A stretch of DNA of 64,000 nucleotides from Callorhinchus milii (taxonomy: Eukaryota), in contig NW_024704742.1 in assembly GCF_018977255.1 (NCBI RefSeq), forward strand, positions 75,642,001-75,706,000, given 5' to 3'. The position numbers and the translations under genes are program-made. This document shows, one piece after another, positions 11,186 to 24,970 of this stretch. The notes under the pieces were generated by a model. It saw nothing but the letters and a program-made list of their open reading frames with translations, was not told the DNA's origin and searched no databases. How positions within the stretch are numbered: the stretch's first letter is position 1; the number at the start of each line of letters is the position of its first letter.

Positions 11186-13099
11186 GCCTACGGTTCTATG
11201 TGATCTTCAATTTCAATACAAAACTGTTCTTACAGGTTCAGACTAGATGGATTTTCCGGGCTCAGGTAGAAAGTTTATACATGCCAGTACGTATTGCCTG
11301 GTACTGATTATCTCATCTATGGGTCCCCATGTTAGATAATCACGTCCATCTTTTCAGAAAAATAGTCTTTGTGTTTAATACCTTTCATATTAGGAGGACA
11401 TCTCAAAGCACTTCACATGATTTACTGTAGAGTGACTGCTTTGTGGGCAAATATTTGCACACAGCAATGTTGCCCAAAACAGCCATGAAGTGAATAACTA
11501 ACTTTATCTGGAGAGTTATTGGCCTTTACATTGGGAGAAACTCTATTCTATTTTTGAATAGTGCCATGGGATCTTTAATGTCTAACTGAGCAGATATGAG
11601 TTCTATGGTTAAGGAGCAGAATCTGAAGTTACCCCCGAGATACAGACAACTTTGGAGGCACGCCTTTTGAGAACAATAAGAGAGGTGCCAGAGGCTTGAT
11701 TTGAATCCAGGAAACAGATGATCCAACAGACTTGGCATGAATAAAGTCAACGATAATAGTATATTTAAACCTGCTGACATTATGCCTCATGTTCACCCGT
11801 GACCCTCATTAGGTCACCAAGGATACAGCTAACACTCTTACTGTGCTCTCAGGAAGTTACTGTATACACTGCCCATTTATCTCAAACACATTTATATTGA
11901 CATCCGGTGTATGTCCCGGGATCCTTCTCCGTATAGGAACACATTAAACTGATTGTGTATGTCGACATCAACATAAATTTCGGCACACATATTAACATGC
12001 ATATTCTAGCCCGTTTCGCCTGTTCTACCCCCACCCCCACCATCGTTGACATTATTGTTCTCAAATGGCAAAGTTTAAGAAGCTGGATCTATTGCATGGT
12101 TTGTTTTCCTATGACTTTTCTTCCTTTTTTTAAAGAACAAAATCACATTTGCCACCCCAAAACCTGATTGCCCAACACAAACAATATGTGTTGTGCTAAA
12201 TCTTGCAAAAGAGTGAGGCCCAAAAGAGATCCCAGAGAACACACGCTTGCGATTCCTTTCCACTGCTCTGGAGTCTTCTAGTTCCCCGTGGTGAAGGGAG
12301 GTGTTGCAGTCGGGTGTGAAGAGCATGAGCAGTTTTTACTGAACACGTTTTACTGTGACTGTCATTTTCTCTTCCTGTTCATGAATCCACCTTCAGTACA
12401 CTTTCACAAACGACACTTCACAATCCTGAGACCTGGAATAGACCCTAGTCTCCTGAACAACTAGTTGGGGATAGCATTTTTAAATCACCTACAACAGTTA
12501 GTGTCATCTGAACATGACTAATAAGTTTCTAGGCTACATTTAATCCTCATAGTCCACTGAAAGAGTTAGAAAAATGGGGTTAATTTAGTGGTCCATTCAT
12601 TATTTAGTGATACTAATACATTGGACGTGCATATTGCAAGCCCCCAACTCTACCCCTGATATTATTGCTCTCAAATGCCAATGTCCAAAAAGATAGATCT
12701 ATGGCATTTGACTTGCTGTTCACGGTTTCCCACCTCAGTTAGTGCCATAATGATGTTCTGCACAGAAAGTCAGGTCATTCAGCCAATACTATATAACTTA
12801 TTTTGTTTGGTCAGCTGAGCGTCTGTCACATACGGAAATCCATTACCATGCTTAAGAGTACCCAAACCAAACTGAGAATTCCATGTATGTCACCTACATG
12901 GAAACTCCCATGTTTGGAATGGAAAGCACACTCTCTCATTGGAGGGACTCATCCTTCTTACCTGGAGAATATTAAGTACAGGTTGGCAAGAGCCAAGGGT
13001 TCAGGACCCAGAGTGTGTGTTGGGGTATTGTTGGAGTTTAACCAGTTAAAACTGCACAGCTTGTCATTGAAAGCACTGTTTGGCAAGCTTCCCTCTGTT

Positions 13100-13620
13100 T
13101 CCCTTCAAACCCCACATTTGTGCGTGACTGTACGACTTTCCACACCTCCGCAACATTGCCCGCCTCCGGAACCTTATCACCCCCATTTTTGCCCGGCTTC
13201 ACTGGCTCTCCATCCCTCAGAGAATTGAATACAAAATCCTTGTTCTTACCTTCAAGGCCCTCCATGGTCCTGCTCCCCCCTACCTCTCTGACCTCATAAC
13301 CCCATATCATCCTGTCCGTTCCCTCCACTCAGCGGACTGCTGCAGGTCCCCCGCACTTCCCACCCCACCATTGGCGGTTGGGCATTCAGTATCTCTGTCC
13401 CCACACTCTGGAACTCTATCCCACAATCCCTCTGCCTCACCCCCTCTTTGCCCCCTTAAGTCCTGTCTGAAGACCTTCCTCTTTGATCATGCCTTCGGCC
13501 ATCCTCCCACCCCTTCTGTCCCCAACTCCCAGCTTAGGGCCAAAATCCCTGATTGTCCAATGCCCTGAGACATCTTTCCAACAGGAATCACACTATACAA
13601 GTGTAATTTGTTGTTGTTGT
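13100..13620 (+). mobile_element. L2 3' fragment
   Basis: CACTGGCTC...AAAATCCTTGTTCTTACCTTCAAGGCCCTCCATGG region and (TTG)n tail; a second short L2 3' end follows at 13845-14115. Confidence 0.85.
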
Positions 13621-14947
13621 CCAGCTGGGGCCACCTTTCTCATTAAGGCTTTGGCTTGCGGGGTTAATGGGAGCTGAGGGGGAAGGGTCTCTGCCCCAGT
13701 GGGTCCAGCTTCTGGGACTTCATCATTGTCATCATTGAGATGGGAGGGGGGGGGTGCGGTGAGACACGCCACATCACACACACACATAGGTGTCCAGCAA
13801 AAGATTTTAAAATTGACCCACTGTACATCTGTGCATCGACTGGCTCCGCCCTCCTATTTGCTACCTGTCCCTCGAGCCCTCCGTTCCACCATCGGTTGCC
13901 GTACCTGCAGCCACTACGCCCTGAAACTCTGGAACTTTCTCCCTCAATCCCTCCGCTTTGCCCCCTCCCTCCCCACCTTCAAGTTCTGCCTACAGACCTT
14001 GCTTTTTGATCATGCTTATGGTCACCTCCCCCCTTCCTCTCCCCCTGGCTCGTTGTCAGACTCCGCCACTATTAAGTGCTCTGGGATGCTACATATAAAT
14101 GCAAGTTGTTGTTATTACCAGCCGTAGTTGTCATCCCAAAGTCATTCCCTAGAGTAGTGTCATGACCATTACTAAGAAGTAATAGCCAAGATTTTAGTGC
14201 ATGTGCACATGCTATCCAGTTCTTCCATTTTAAAAGTTAGTGCTGCAGATATCACTGGTTAATTGGAAGAAAAAACAAGGCACTTTCACACAGGATGTTA
14301 CAGTTAGTTTACATAAAGTGTTTACATAAATGCATATCTAATAGCTTTTCCTATTGCCAGAATGGGATTTGCTCCAAACAAACTTGATTGGATGATGTTT
14401 TTTGCTTGGCACTGTTATAGGCACAGATCTCCATTTACTGCCACTTGACCTTTTACCACTGTTGTATTTATAGACTTAAAATGTTGTCTATTAATAAACT
14501 TCCCAAGGTTTTTTTGTTATGTGAGACTAGGTTCATTAACCAGTGATCGTTTTAGCAGAGAGACATGGTTTGTTTTGTGAACCTCTGTACCTCACATTGT
14601 TTGAAACATGGAAAATGTCAACTCTCTGTAAATCTAAAGCTCAAGTTTTAAAAAGGATAGTATTTTACAATAAAAGACAGCATCCAAACAGATCAATGAA
14701 CTGAATGTTTCGATGGCATTCCTGATATCTAGTATAGGGATAACTGATTAGCTTGGGCCATGTAGCTGAGTATTTGACTGTTTTGCGGAGGGTGAACTGG
14801 GAAATACAGACACCGTTCTCATGCATTTAGAACAACTACATGCCATTTTACATCTTGCAAGAAGCACATCAATAATATAGTTTTNGTTTTTAAAACAGGG
14901 CACATTTTGTCAATACGATGTTACATTTTTACATTAATGTCCAGAAA

Positions 14948-15357
14948 ATGGCTCAGGTTGCAGCACTCTGCTCTAAGTCAGAAGGTTGTGGGTTCAAGCT
15001 CCACTTCTCACGCTGGGACTTTGAGCTTATAGTCCAGGCTGACACTCCAAAGCAGTGCCGGGGGAGTGCTGCATTGTTTCAGATGAGATGATTAACCTGG
15101 GACCCATCTGCCTGTTCAGTTGAATGTTAAAGATGTCATGGTACGATTTCAAGAGAAAGGGGAAATTCTCCCAGTGTCCTGGCCAACAATTCCCCCAGAT
15201 ATAATTGGTCATTCGCTTTGGGGCAGTTTGTGGAACATTGCTGTATACATTTTGGCTGTCAAGTTTGCCTGCAAATACACAGTCACTACACCTTACAGTC
15301 TTGTTTTGATAATATGATAAGGCAGTATATCAAGCACAAGGATTATTATATTATTAT
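14948..15357 (+). mobile_element. Deu-domain SINE (SacSINE1/AmnSINE1-related), near full length
   Basis: tRNA-like head ...GTCAGAAGGTTGTGGGTTCAAG; central GATGAGA..TTAA...AAAGAT..CATGG...GTGTCCTGGCCAA block; L2-type tail. Family name from memory. Confidence 0.75.
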
Positions 15358-17012
15358 GTAACTACTAAAACTTTAAGTTAGAAATTGGAATTGAAGCTCA
15401 TTTTTCTTTCAGTTTATGTTGATCATGTCCAAATGAAACATAACTACACAATAGACTGCTTTCTAGATGCAGTTAAATTCAAAGTGAAACATAAGGATTT
15501 AATGATGTTGGGAGGGGAATGGGCAACCTAGAGGTTGATTTAGGATTAGAATTCTCAACTGCACAAATTTACAACTCTCTTTTAACACCTACACACAACT
15601 AAACTTCTTTTAATGCACTACAGCATTTTTTTTGTGATTCTAAACTGGTTGAGAACAATTGGACATGTTCAATGTTCAAGGTCAAAGGTCTTCCTATGTT
15701 CAATGTCTCCCGATGATTTGTTTTTTTGATCAGCTGGGTATCTGACACATGCAGAAACCCACTACCATATTCAGTTGTAGAGCAGCGATAGGTCCAGAGA
15801 AGGTTCTTTGAGGATGGGGGTGATAACGGCTGTTTTTAATGGCGGAGTAGGAATGGCGCCAGTGGACAAGGAGAGGTTGATGATATCTTTGAGTAGAGGG
15901 GAAAGGTGGAGCTGGGAGGTAACGAGAGCGGTAGGGATGGGTCAAGGAAGCAAGTGGTGGGTTTCATTTTGGTGTTAAGAGGGAAGGGGGAGACAAGGTA
16001 TAACAACAACAACTTCCACTTATATCACCTTTTATGACAGTTAATCTCAGAGCACTGAAGAGGTGGGTTTGGCAAGGGATTCAAAGGAATGACACCTGGA
16101 GGATAGGAGTTCAATAGCTAAAGTCTATTTTCAATAAAGGTTATACAGCATGTTTAATTTTATATGTTCAGTTCCCTACCAGTCAACATTCATCCAACCG
16201 CCTCTCTACTCTTAGTCTGGCTCCAAACTATGTTCAGTCCTATCCAGCACTACGTTCCATAGAGATTAAAATATTGCTCTGGGTGCATTGGCCATCAAAG
16301 AATGTATAACATATCAAAGCTTAATGACTTTTAACAAGTATTAATGAGCTTAACTATATTTTTTTGTTGCTAGCTAAAATTATTTCAAAGCTGATATTGA
16401 GCGAGTATATCATGAAAATTGGGAGCAGTGTATAATTAGATTTATATGTTAACTCAAGATTTCTTGCTCTTGTTTACGCACCCGACCAAGATCACACATT
16501 CTGTGCCCAGCGGGATACCATCCCTTTAATGTTTGCAAGACTCTTGTAGTTTTGCATGCAACATCAGTATTTTTTTCTCTGCTTTGAGTTAGATCTGGAG
16601 ATAGAGCCAGGCCCATGCTGAGCCCACTTTGTGAATGGCTGATAGGCAGGAGCCAAGTGCATGAAAGGGATGGATGAAAGGGTCGTCTGAAAGATGCAGC
16701 AAAGGAAGCTCAAGTGAGTTCTGGATAATAAAAAAAATCTCAGAAAGCAGCTGCCATCCCTTTAATTTCCCCAGGTGCATATTTTAACATTACCTATAGT
16801 ATGTGTGGAGTCGGGAGAAAGGTTTTATTCTAGGCCATTCAAAATATGTTGTATTTTTGAAACATGGAAGGAATGATATTCAAATGCATACTTGGTGCTA
16901 TCAAATGGTACTGCAAGTAATTATTACTCACAAAACAGGGCAAAGCAAACAAGCTAATGCTTATGTTCAATATGACTAAGGGCTTTAAACACAAACACTA
17001 TGATTTTGTAGA

Positions 17013-18358
17013 TTCATAGAATGTTACGGCACAGAAGGAGGCCATTCGGCCCATTGAGTCTGTGCCGGCTCTTTGACAGAGCAAGTCACTTTCACTAACC
17101 CCAATCACCAGCTTTCTCCCCATAACCCTGCAAACCCGTCTTCCCCAAATACCTATCAAGTTCTCTCTTAAAATCTGTTATCGAATCGGACTTCACTACC
17201 TTTTCGGGCAGATCATTCCAAATTCGAACAACTCGCTGAGTGAAAAAATTTCTTCTAACCTCCCCTCTGCTTCTTTTGGTAGATATCTTAAGACTGTGAC
17301 CACGGGTCACAGACACACCTACCAGCGGAAACAGCTTTTTCTTATCTAGCCTGTCGAAACCTTTCATGATCTTGAAGACCTCTATCAGGTCCCCGTGTAA
17401 TCTTCTCTGCTCTAATGGGAAAAGTCCTAACTTCTCCAGCCTGTCCTCATAGCTAAGGTTCCCCATTCCTGGTATCATTCTCGTGAATCTCCTCTGCACC
17501 CTTTCCAGTGCCTTAATGTCCTTCCTGAAGTAAGGTGCCCAGAACTGGACGCAGTACTCCAGCTGAGGCCTAACCAGTGTTTTGTATAGATTAACCATAA
17601 CCTCCCTACTCTTATACTCTATGCCCTTACTAATAAAGCTCAGTACACCAAATGCCTTTTTTACTGCCTTATCTACCTGCCCCGCTACCTTTAATGATTT
17701 GCTTACTTGAACACCCAGATCTCTCTGTACGTTCACCTCCCTTAAGATTGAGCTACCAAGTCTATATTGCCTCCTATCATTTTTCCTACCTAAGTGTATC
17801 ACCTCACACTTATCCACATTGAAATCCATCTGCCACACGTCAGCCCATTCCACCATTCTGTGTATGTCTGCTTGCAGTTGGTTACAGTCCTCCTCACTAT
17901 TTACTACCCTACCTAACTTTGTATCATCTGCAAACTTGGAAATAGTGCTCTCTATGCCCAACTCCAGATCATTAATATATATTAGAAAGAGCAGTGGTCC
18001 CAATACCGATCCCTGGGGGACACCGCTGCACACCTCCTTCCATTTCGAGAAACACCCATTAACCACCACCCTCTGCTTTCTGTCACTCAGCCAGTTCTTA
18101 ATCCAAACTGCCACTGTCCCCTTAATACCGTGGGCCTCTAATTTTTTTATTAATCTCTTATGCGGTACTGTGTCAAAAACCTTTTTGAAATCCATGTAAA
18201 TAACATCCACCGCATTTCCCGCATCAACCCTCGCAGTCACCTCTTCAAAAAATTCTATTAGATTTGTTAGGCAAAATTTGTTGGCTGTCTCCAATTACCT
18301 CGTGTTCCTCTAAGTAGAGATTTATTCTGTGCTTGATTATTTTTTTCAACACTTCACA
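17013..18358 (-). mobile_element. Young 5'-truncated CR1 LINE with an uninterrupted RT / C-terminal frame (17095-18294)
   Basis: [59 protein letters not shown]; 3' UTR with GGGCCGAATGGCCT and (ATTCTATG)-like tail. Confidence 0.95.
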
Positions 18359-21047
18359 AAATGGCAGTTGCTGCTTTCAGGAATATAATGTGAGGTTCCG
18401 AGCGTGAATTTCTTTTAAATAACTCTTCGCATTTGGTTGAAAAGGTAATGTGAAAAAATGTTCTGGATTAGATTTGGACACTAATTCACTTAAATGTGAA
18501 AAGCACCAGTCCGCAGCAGAATCCAACAATTTGCCACTGAAGACACTGTTGGAAGTTAAGTTATTCACTCCTCTCTATTCAAACACACAGACCAATTCAG
18601 CCCACAGACACCCAAGCTTAATATCCATTCACAGATACTGAGCTCAACAACAACAAAAAAACAAGTGACAGCTGTAACCTTTTCAGTGAACCACACAAGT
18701 TACGCTTAGGGCTGCAAAAGCTTCAACACTTTCCTTATCGACAAATCCAAAAATTACTATTTGCAAGTACCTTTTCTTTAAATATTCAGTGGGCAAAGCT
18801 GCTGAAATACTTCAAATGAACTCGTACAGGATAGTTGCTGCTTGTTTTTGGCTCCAGTTACAGCCAGAGCCTTTGGAAATGCTTGTAAATGAGAAACATT
18901 TTACATAAAGGCACAAAAGTAATCAGAAGATATTATCCACAGTACATCTCTACAGATTTATCAGCTGCAAAGACAAACTAATTCACAAGAGTACGTCGGC
19001 CCTATAATTTCATTCGCACAGGCTTGAAAAAGGCCATATTAAATCTGAATACATTTTACGGTCCTCACCCTGATTCAATGTTACAATTATAGACCAACTG
19101 CTGCTTTGATTATAAGCAGTTGACAAATGGAATGAATCCACACTATACCGTCAATGACACGAAACCACTCTTTCCTTTACTTGAGGCTCTGCTTTCTACA
19201 CAGTTAACTCATAATCATGAAGCTTAATAACTTTACATAATCATAATATTAATAAAAACAACGCATTTTGCACTGGAAACCCTGTATGTTTGGCACAAAG
19301 ACAGTGAGCTGAGGAACTTTTGAGGCCTGGAGAAAATAAGGCACCTCCATTGTTATAGACCACATGTAGTGCCGGTGAATATTAATTAGACCTTTGGTTT
19401 AACATTGCCAAATTGATTATAATACATTATAGGCGAGATCTACTCAATTACATATACCAAAATGACACACATACAATGGTTTCCTCAAACAAACTAACCA
19501 AACCCCTTAAATTAATATTGATAGCCATTGCCAAAGTGAATCAGACAATGTTTTTTTTCCAACTGAATGCCAAATAGCCATCAGCAAACAGAAGTCTTTA
19601 GTCATCGACGGGGGAAAAGATTAAATTTTCCTTTGTAGACAAATGCCCCAAAAACTCCTACGTTGACATTTGGAGCTTCCTGTGCACATTATTGCAGCTG
19701 GCAGCAAGCACCGTGATCTTATCTAGCAGTAGAAAGACATTAAGGAATTTTTCACAGCAGGTAATGTACAGACTACTTAATGGAAGTAAGCACTTTGAAA
19801 GTTGCTTATACTGTGCAGGTGGAACATTCAAGAACAGGACTACATTTTGTTAGTGTTTTCAGTGCATGAAATGTAAGCGGGTTCAATGTATTGTTCCTTT
19901 AAAGTGGAATGCACATCACATATACCTCTTCTTACAACTTCCTCATGAAATAAAAAATCAAGACAGAACACAATGCCAGTGTCAAGGTGAGAATTTAAAA
20001 GTGTAAACATCAGTGTACTTATTGAAAAGGAATGTTATATCCTTTAACACCAGAAAAAAATAACTCTCCCCCTTCCTGGACAGATGATAAGTTACACATT
20101 TTTGAAAGTACAAATGCCTCAATAATGAAATATTAATCCTCGCCTTATCATGTCATTGAGAAGTCTGAAAACACTTCACAGAACATACAGTAAAATGAAT
20201 TGACTGTAATTTTGTGGACAAAAGCAGCAGACAGTTGTAAACAGCAGTGTACAAACAGTCATGGATTGGGTGACCACATTTAAAAATATATATTTTACTA
20301 TTTTTTGATGAGCCACCTCAATTTTTTGCTTCAACCAACAACTTGCTTTGACCTTACAGTGAAACTCCCAAACTTTCATGCATCTACAACAGCACGTTAG
20401 GTTGCAATAGCACATAAAAGATAAAACCACAAAGGTACCAAGGTAGAAATTATAATAAATGTCAAAAATAAATCTAAGCCATCTATCAATTCATAAATTC
20501 TGAAACAATGCATACAACACTACCTGCTTCTAGTGTTTGGTGAAGCAATAGAGTGCAGCCAGAGTCACGGTCAGCTGTATCTATTGATAGATTTGTTTTT
20601 TCTGTTTGAAACCCTGAAAAACAGTTTGTATTCACACCAAATTCATTGAGACTGTGATTAAAAAGAGCCTTCAAAATGGCACAGTCCAAAAGCTCCCTCA
20701 GTAATTCAAAGCTTCAATTGAATACAAGCTGCTTAGAAACTTACACATTGGGGATTGAAGTTCACAGTAAACACAGAGAAAGCTGTTTAAGCCTCAAGCC
20801 ACACAAAATAAATGCATCACTGTTCCTGATTTTATTTTTGTTTCTGATTTCATTTCTATATTTCAAACATTTTTGTAGTATTTCAAAGATAGACTTTTCA
20901 ACTGCATTTATTTGTAAGTACTACCAAGCAAGAGTCATGAAAACACCCTTTACTGCAGAGAAATAGGGATCTATTTTCAGTATTTCTTGATGAGAATCCT
21001 TAATAAGTTACTCAACGGGGTTTCCTGCTGCTAATCCGTCTGGTGTC

Positions 21048-21385
21048 AGCCTGGTTCAATGGCATCAGCCTGGCCGGTTAGCAGCACTCTCATTTCTGAA
21101 TCAGAAGCTTGTGGGTTCACAGTCTGGGCTGACACTCCAGTGCAGTGCTGGAGGTGCCATATTTTGGATGAGTCATTAAACCAAGGTTCCCTCAATGGAA
21201 AAGAGGGGAGGTTTCTCCCCAACAATCCCCCAGGTAGAATTAGTCATTCACTTCATCGTTGTTTGATCAGCTGTTGTATTCACCTACAGATATGCCGCTC
21301 CCTGCATTCTACAGTAAATCCTGTGAAACTTTTGAGATACTTTGTCAGCTGATAAGGTATTGTATTAAATGCAATGATTTTAATC
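21048..21385 (+). mobile_element. Degenerate Deu-domain SINE
   Basis: GGCTGACACTCCAGTGCAGTGCTGGAGGTGCC...GGATGAGTCATTAAACC matches 14948-15357. Confidence 0.7.
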
Positions 21386-22009
21386 AGCATTATTTAACCA
21401 GAAATCCATCACACAAGCCAGGAGGAATGCTGCTCCAACCCAATCTGCTTTCAGTGCAGAATTCCAACAGATCGAGAATAATTCTAACAGGGTTTATTGT
21501 TTAAATAATTCTGTTAAGAACACCGCAAACTAGACCCTATAAAGGATTACATTTGGTACTGTCTCATTTTGTAGGTCTAACTAGTGCTCTGATTGTACTA
21601 CATGTTTGCCAACAATGCAATGGAGTTTTCGGTTCCAGATCAATACCAAGTGGGCATTATAAATCTACCAATGAAGCACTGATGCAAGGTTGGGTGTCAC
21701 TTGAAGAAGATTGTCCCATATCTGTAGGACTATTCATCAGTTGCAGCATAACTCCAGAGATGTGTCGTACAATTCTTAAATCTCTTTTTCACCTTTTCCC
21801 AATGTTCTCTCCTAAAGGGGGAAGGAAGCACATTCTTGGGCACAGCTCCAAAGCTAAGTATCTTGTACCTCATCCAAATGAGAGTTCTTGGTGTTTGAGC
21901 CCAGGCCTTGAGTGTCAACAGATTATTCAAACAAAGGGAGCTGGATCTGATGCTGTTAACGGACGAACACATTCCAGCAGGAATTACTGCCAAAAGTGGT
22001 TGATTTTGT

Positions 22010-22327
22010 GGAATCCTGTAGCTCAGTGGTTAGACCACTCGCTTTGCAAGTGAGAGACCTGAGTTCAATTCCAGGCACAGGGCGAAACCTTGGGCAAGTT
22101 TCCTTACTCCACACCCCTAATAATAATCCCTCCAAAACCAAAAACAATAATAAATTGGTCATTTTCAATCTACGATTGTTTGTGGGACATTGCTGTACGC
22201 AATTGGCTGCCGCGTTCGCCCACAAATATGCAGTCAATTCACTTTACAGTGTGTTCTGTGAAGCGCTTTGGGACGTCCTCCTGACGTGAAAAGCGCTATA
22301 TCAAATGCAAGGATTATTATTATTATT
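22010..22327 (+). mobile_element. Full-length young tRNA-derived SINE
   Basis: Near-identical to 4814-5128, 24971-25283 and 60452-60775. Confidence 0.92.
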
Positions 22328-22369
22328 TTCCTCCTCCTCAGCTAAGGAACAAGACTCCATGTAATCTCC

Positions 22370-22505
22370 TCTCTCCCCAGTTCAGACCAGTTAACTCAGC
22401 ACATACATAATAATAATATAATAATAAACTAAATATTTGATATACACAGGAGCTTTCCAGTCTGCATGGCTTAGTTAATATGCCCTGTTGAATCATCCGG
22501 GGAGT
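22370..22505 (-). mobile_element. Ancient SINE 5' fragment, AmnSINE2-like
   Basis: Minus strand CCGGATGATTCA...ACTAAGCCATGCAGACTGGAAAG...TGTGCTGAGTTAACTG. Confidence 0.45.
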
Positions 22506-24970
22506 CTTTTTAAATTAGTTTTAGCTTGACAAGCACTGTGGGAGTCCGCTGAACCACCATTCAGCTTGAATCATAGAAAACAGGTAGCTTGTCAGCTCTA
22601 TTCAATAACTGTAAATTTCACTAGTACTTGGAGGCTGACAGTGTATGATCAATGCACTATCACCAGGTGCACTTGACTATGTCTGTGAGAAGCCCAGTCT
22701 TCAATAGCTTGTTGAATGTCAAATGAAGGAAATAAGCGGGTATTCTAGTTGCTGAGTTAGCTTCACGTGACATACTTTTAGCAATGGGATGGTGGAATTG
22801 AATCAGTCTTCTGTCGCAGGTGTGTCTGCAGTATTCCAGGGAACTGCTAATAATGATGGACCAGACAGCCTGGCTCATTGGTAGGACTTAAGAAAGCAGA
22901 CTAGTCACTGGGATAAGACACTCAGCTCCCATTAACCACCCTGCAAGCCCAATTTAACAGGCACAGTTCTCCTAATTGAGCAAACGGTGGGAAGCTTCCC
23001 AGACAGTGTTCCACAACAGCAAGGCACAGGTTTTAGGTAGTTAAACTCGAGCACACACTGTGGGTCCCCAAGCCATTGACTCTTGCCACCCTGTGCTTAA
23101 TACTCTCCAGAATTAGGTAAGCAGGTTGCATCCTTCCTTAGAGAGAGTTCTGTGAGAGAGAACATTCAATTCGAGGCACAGGAAAGTGTCCATTTTGTGT
23201 GGACTGGATTAAAGATGGTGATGGGTTTCCACATGTGTAAGACACCCAGATGAGGAAAAAAGATTAATAAGAGAATGATCGGGCAATAACTATGCTACTA
23301 GTTTCACTGCAGTTAAAATATTCTATCGCTATAGTAATCAGCTGGTCATTAAAACTGGGACAAGTTTCAATCTGCCAGTAGTACCCTGTGATCACAGCCA
23401 CATGCACAAAGCTAACTGACAGATCCAATTGCAAAAGGAGACAATTTTTTTTAATCTTAGAAGCTGGCTATATCCAAATTAGAATTTATTGAAGTGTGCT
23501 TTAGAATGAAAGCACTTCCTGAAACAACAGAGCATTGAAATTGTAGATTTAGTCTTCTAAAGCATCCAGTTTGCAGCAAGTTGACAGAAAATACCGATCT
23601 TAGAAAATATAGGTCATAATGACACATCAGAAAAGATAAATTAATGCAAACAAAACAACCCACATTTAAAAATCAACAGGACACAAGTACAGTATTACAA
23701 GATAGGATAGAAATATTTTTCTTCTTCATGATCTATGAAACAGATACAAATTTCCATTTAGGTCACTGGCATCTTGTGAAAAAAGACCAATGTTGCATTT
23801 AGTTACCAATTGGCTTCCACGTTTCCTCCACAAAATATACAGTCAATTCACTTTACAGTATATCCTGTGAAGCTCTTTGAGATGTCTCAACAATGTGATA
23901 AAGCGCTATATCAAATTGCAGGATTAGTATTATTTACATGAAGAGAAATAACTTTTTAAAGGGAAAAAATTATCAGTCAGCAGATCACTGAACAGTAAAC
24001 AATACAGTACTGTTAGTATCTGTGCAGACCTCCAGCACTGGCTTTCCAATAAACTGCTGGTACAGTAATTCCGAGTATATTGGAAAAGGCACGGTTACTA
24101 TTGCAGCAATAACTTGTATAAAAGGTTTGATGTAATTTGCAAGCTTGTTACCACAGACTCATTTTGATCACTAATATCACTTTCTAATTCTTACATTACA
24201 AGAAAAAATGAAACAATTTAAGAGAAAGGATTAATCGCTACCATGGATTTGCTACTTTCTCACCAGCACCAGAGAAAGGCACTTAGATTTGCACAATTTG
24301 TTGCTGCATTTCGCCCACAAAATACACAATCACTACACTTTACAGTGTGTCATGCGAAGCGCTTTGAGAAGTCTCAAAGACGTGTTAAGGCACAATATCA
24401 AATGCAAGGTTTATTATTATTATTATTAGTGCTACCCCTCTGAGACACTGCCCTGCGTGAAGGGCGCTATGTAAATGCGAGTTATTGTTGTTGCCCTACT
24501 ATAAAGATTTAGAGGTAGCAATTTCACTTGGGACTAGCATTTGACACATTCTTCAATTCAGTCTTAAGTTTGCAGCACACCTTTTCAAATGAACCAGCTG
24601 ACAATTCCCTATTGTAGCAATAACTTGCATAAAAGATTTTTATGTAATTTGCATGCTTCTTGTGACAGACTGGTTTCATTGTTATTGGAGACGGTTTTTC
24701 GTTCTGACTTAAAGTGAAGCCCGAATTTAAACCATTTACAGAAATGTCGAACACTCTGAAATGCTAAGAAAATAAAATAAAGAGTACGGAGGAGGCATTT
24801 CCTTGAGAAAGGGACAGGAATATCTACCCAGGGAGGGAGGCAATAGTGCAAACAAAACGACCCACATTGGAAAAAAAAACACAGGAGGAAAGTACAATAG
24901 TGATGTCTGCTCCGTCCAGCCCCAGATGTTCTCCCACAGCTGTGCTAGTGAGAAATGCGCTATTGCTCCA

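Noticed and set aside
14885..14885. Single N bases (14885 and 33300)
   Set aside because: Ambiguities next to T homopolymers; sequencing artefacts.
19639..19760. Plus-strand segment bounded by TTTGTAG and CAG|GTAATG with one open frame
   Set aside because: No recognisable protein similarity or neighbouring exons; expected by chance.
21553..22053. 166-aa plus-strand ORF
   Set aside because: TTG start, no recognisable domain, runs into a SINE, and is antisense within an intron.
22621..22700. APGD-containing minus-strand frame considered as an IGFBPL1 Ig exon
   Set aside because: Surrounding residues do not match the ELPGD...VRGGP pattern.
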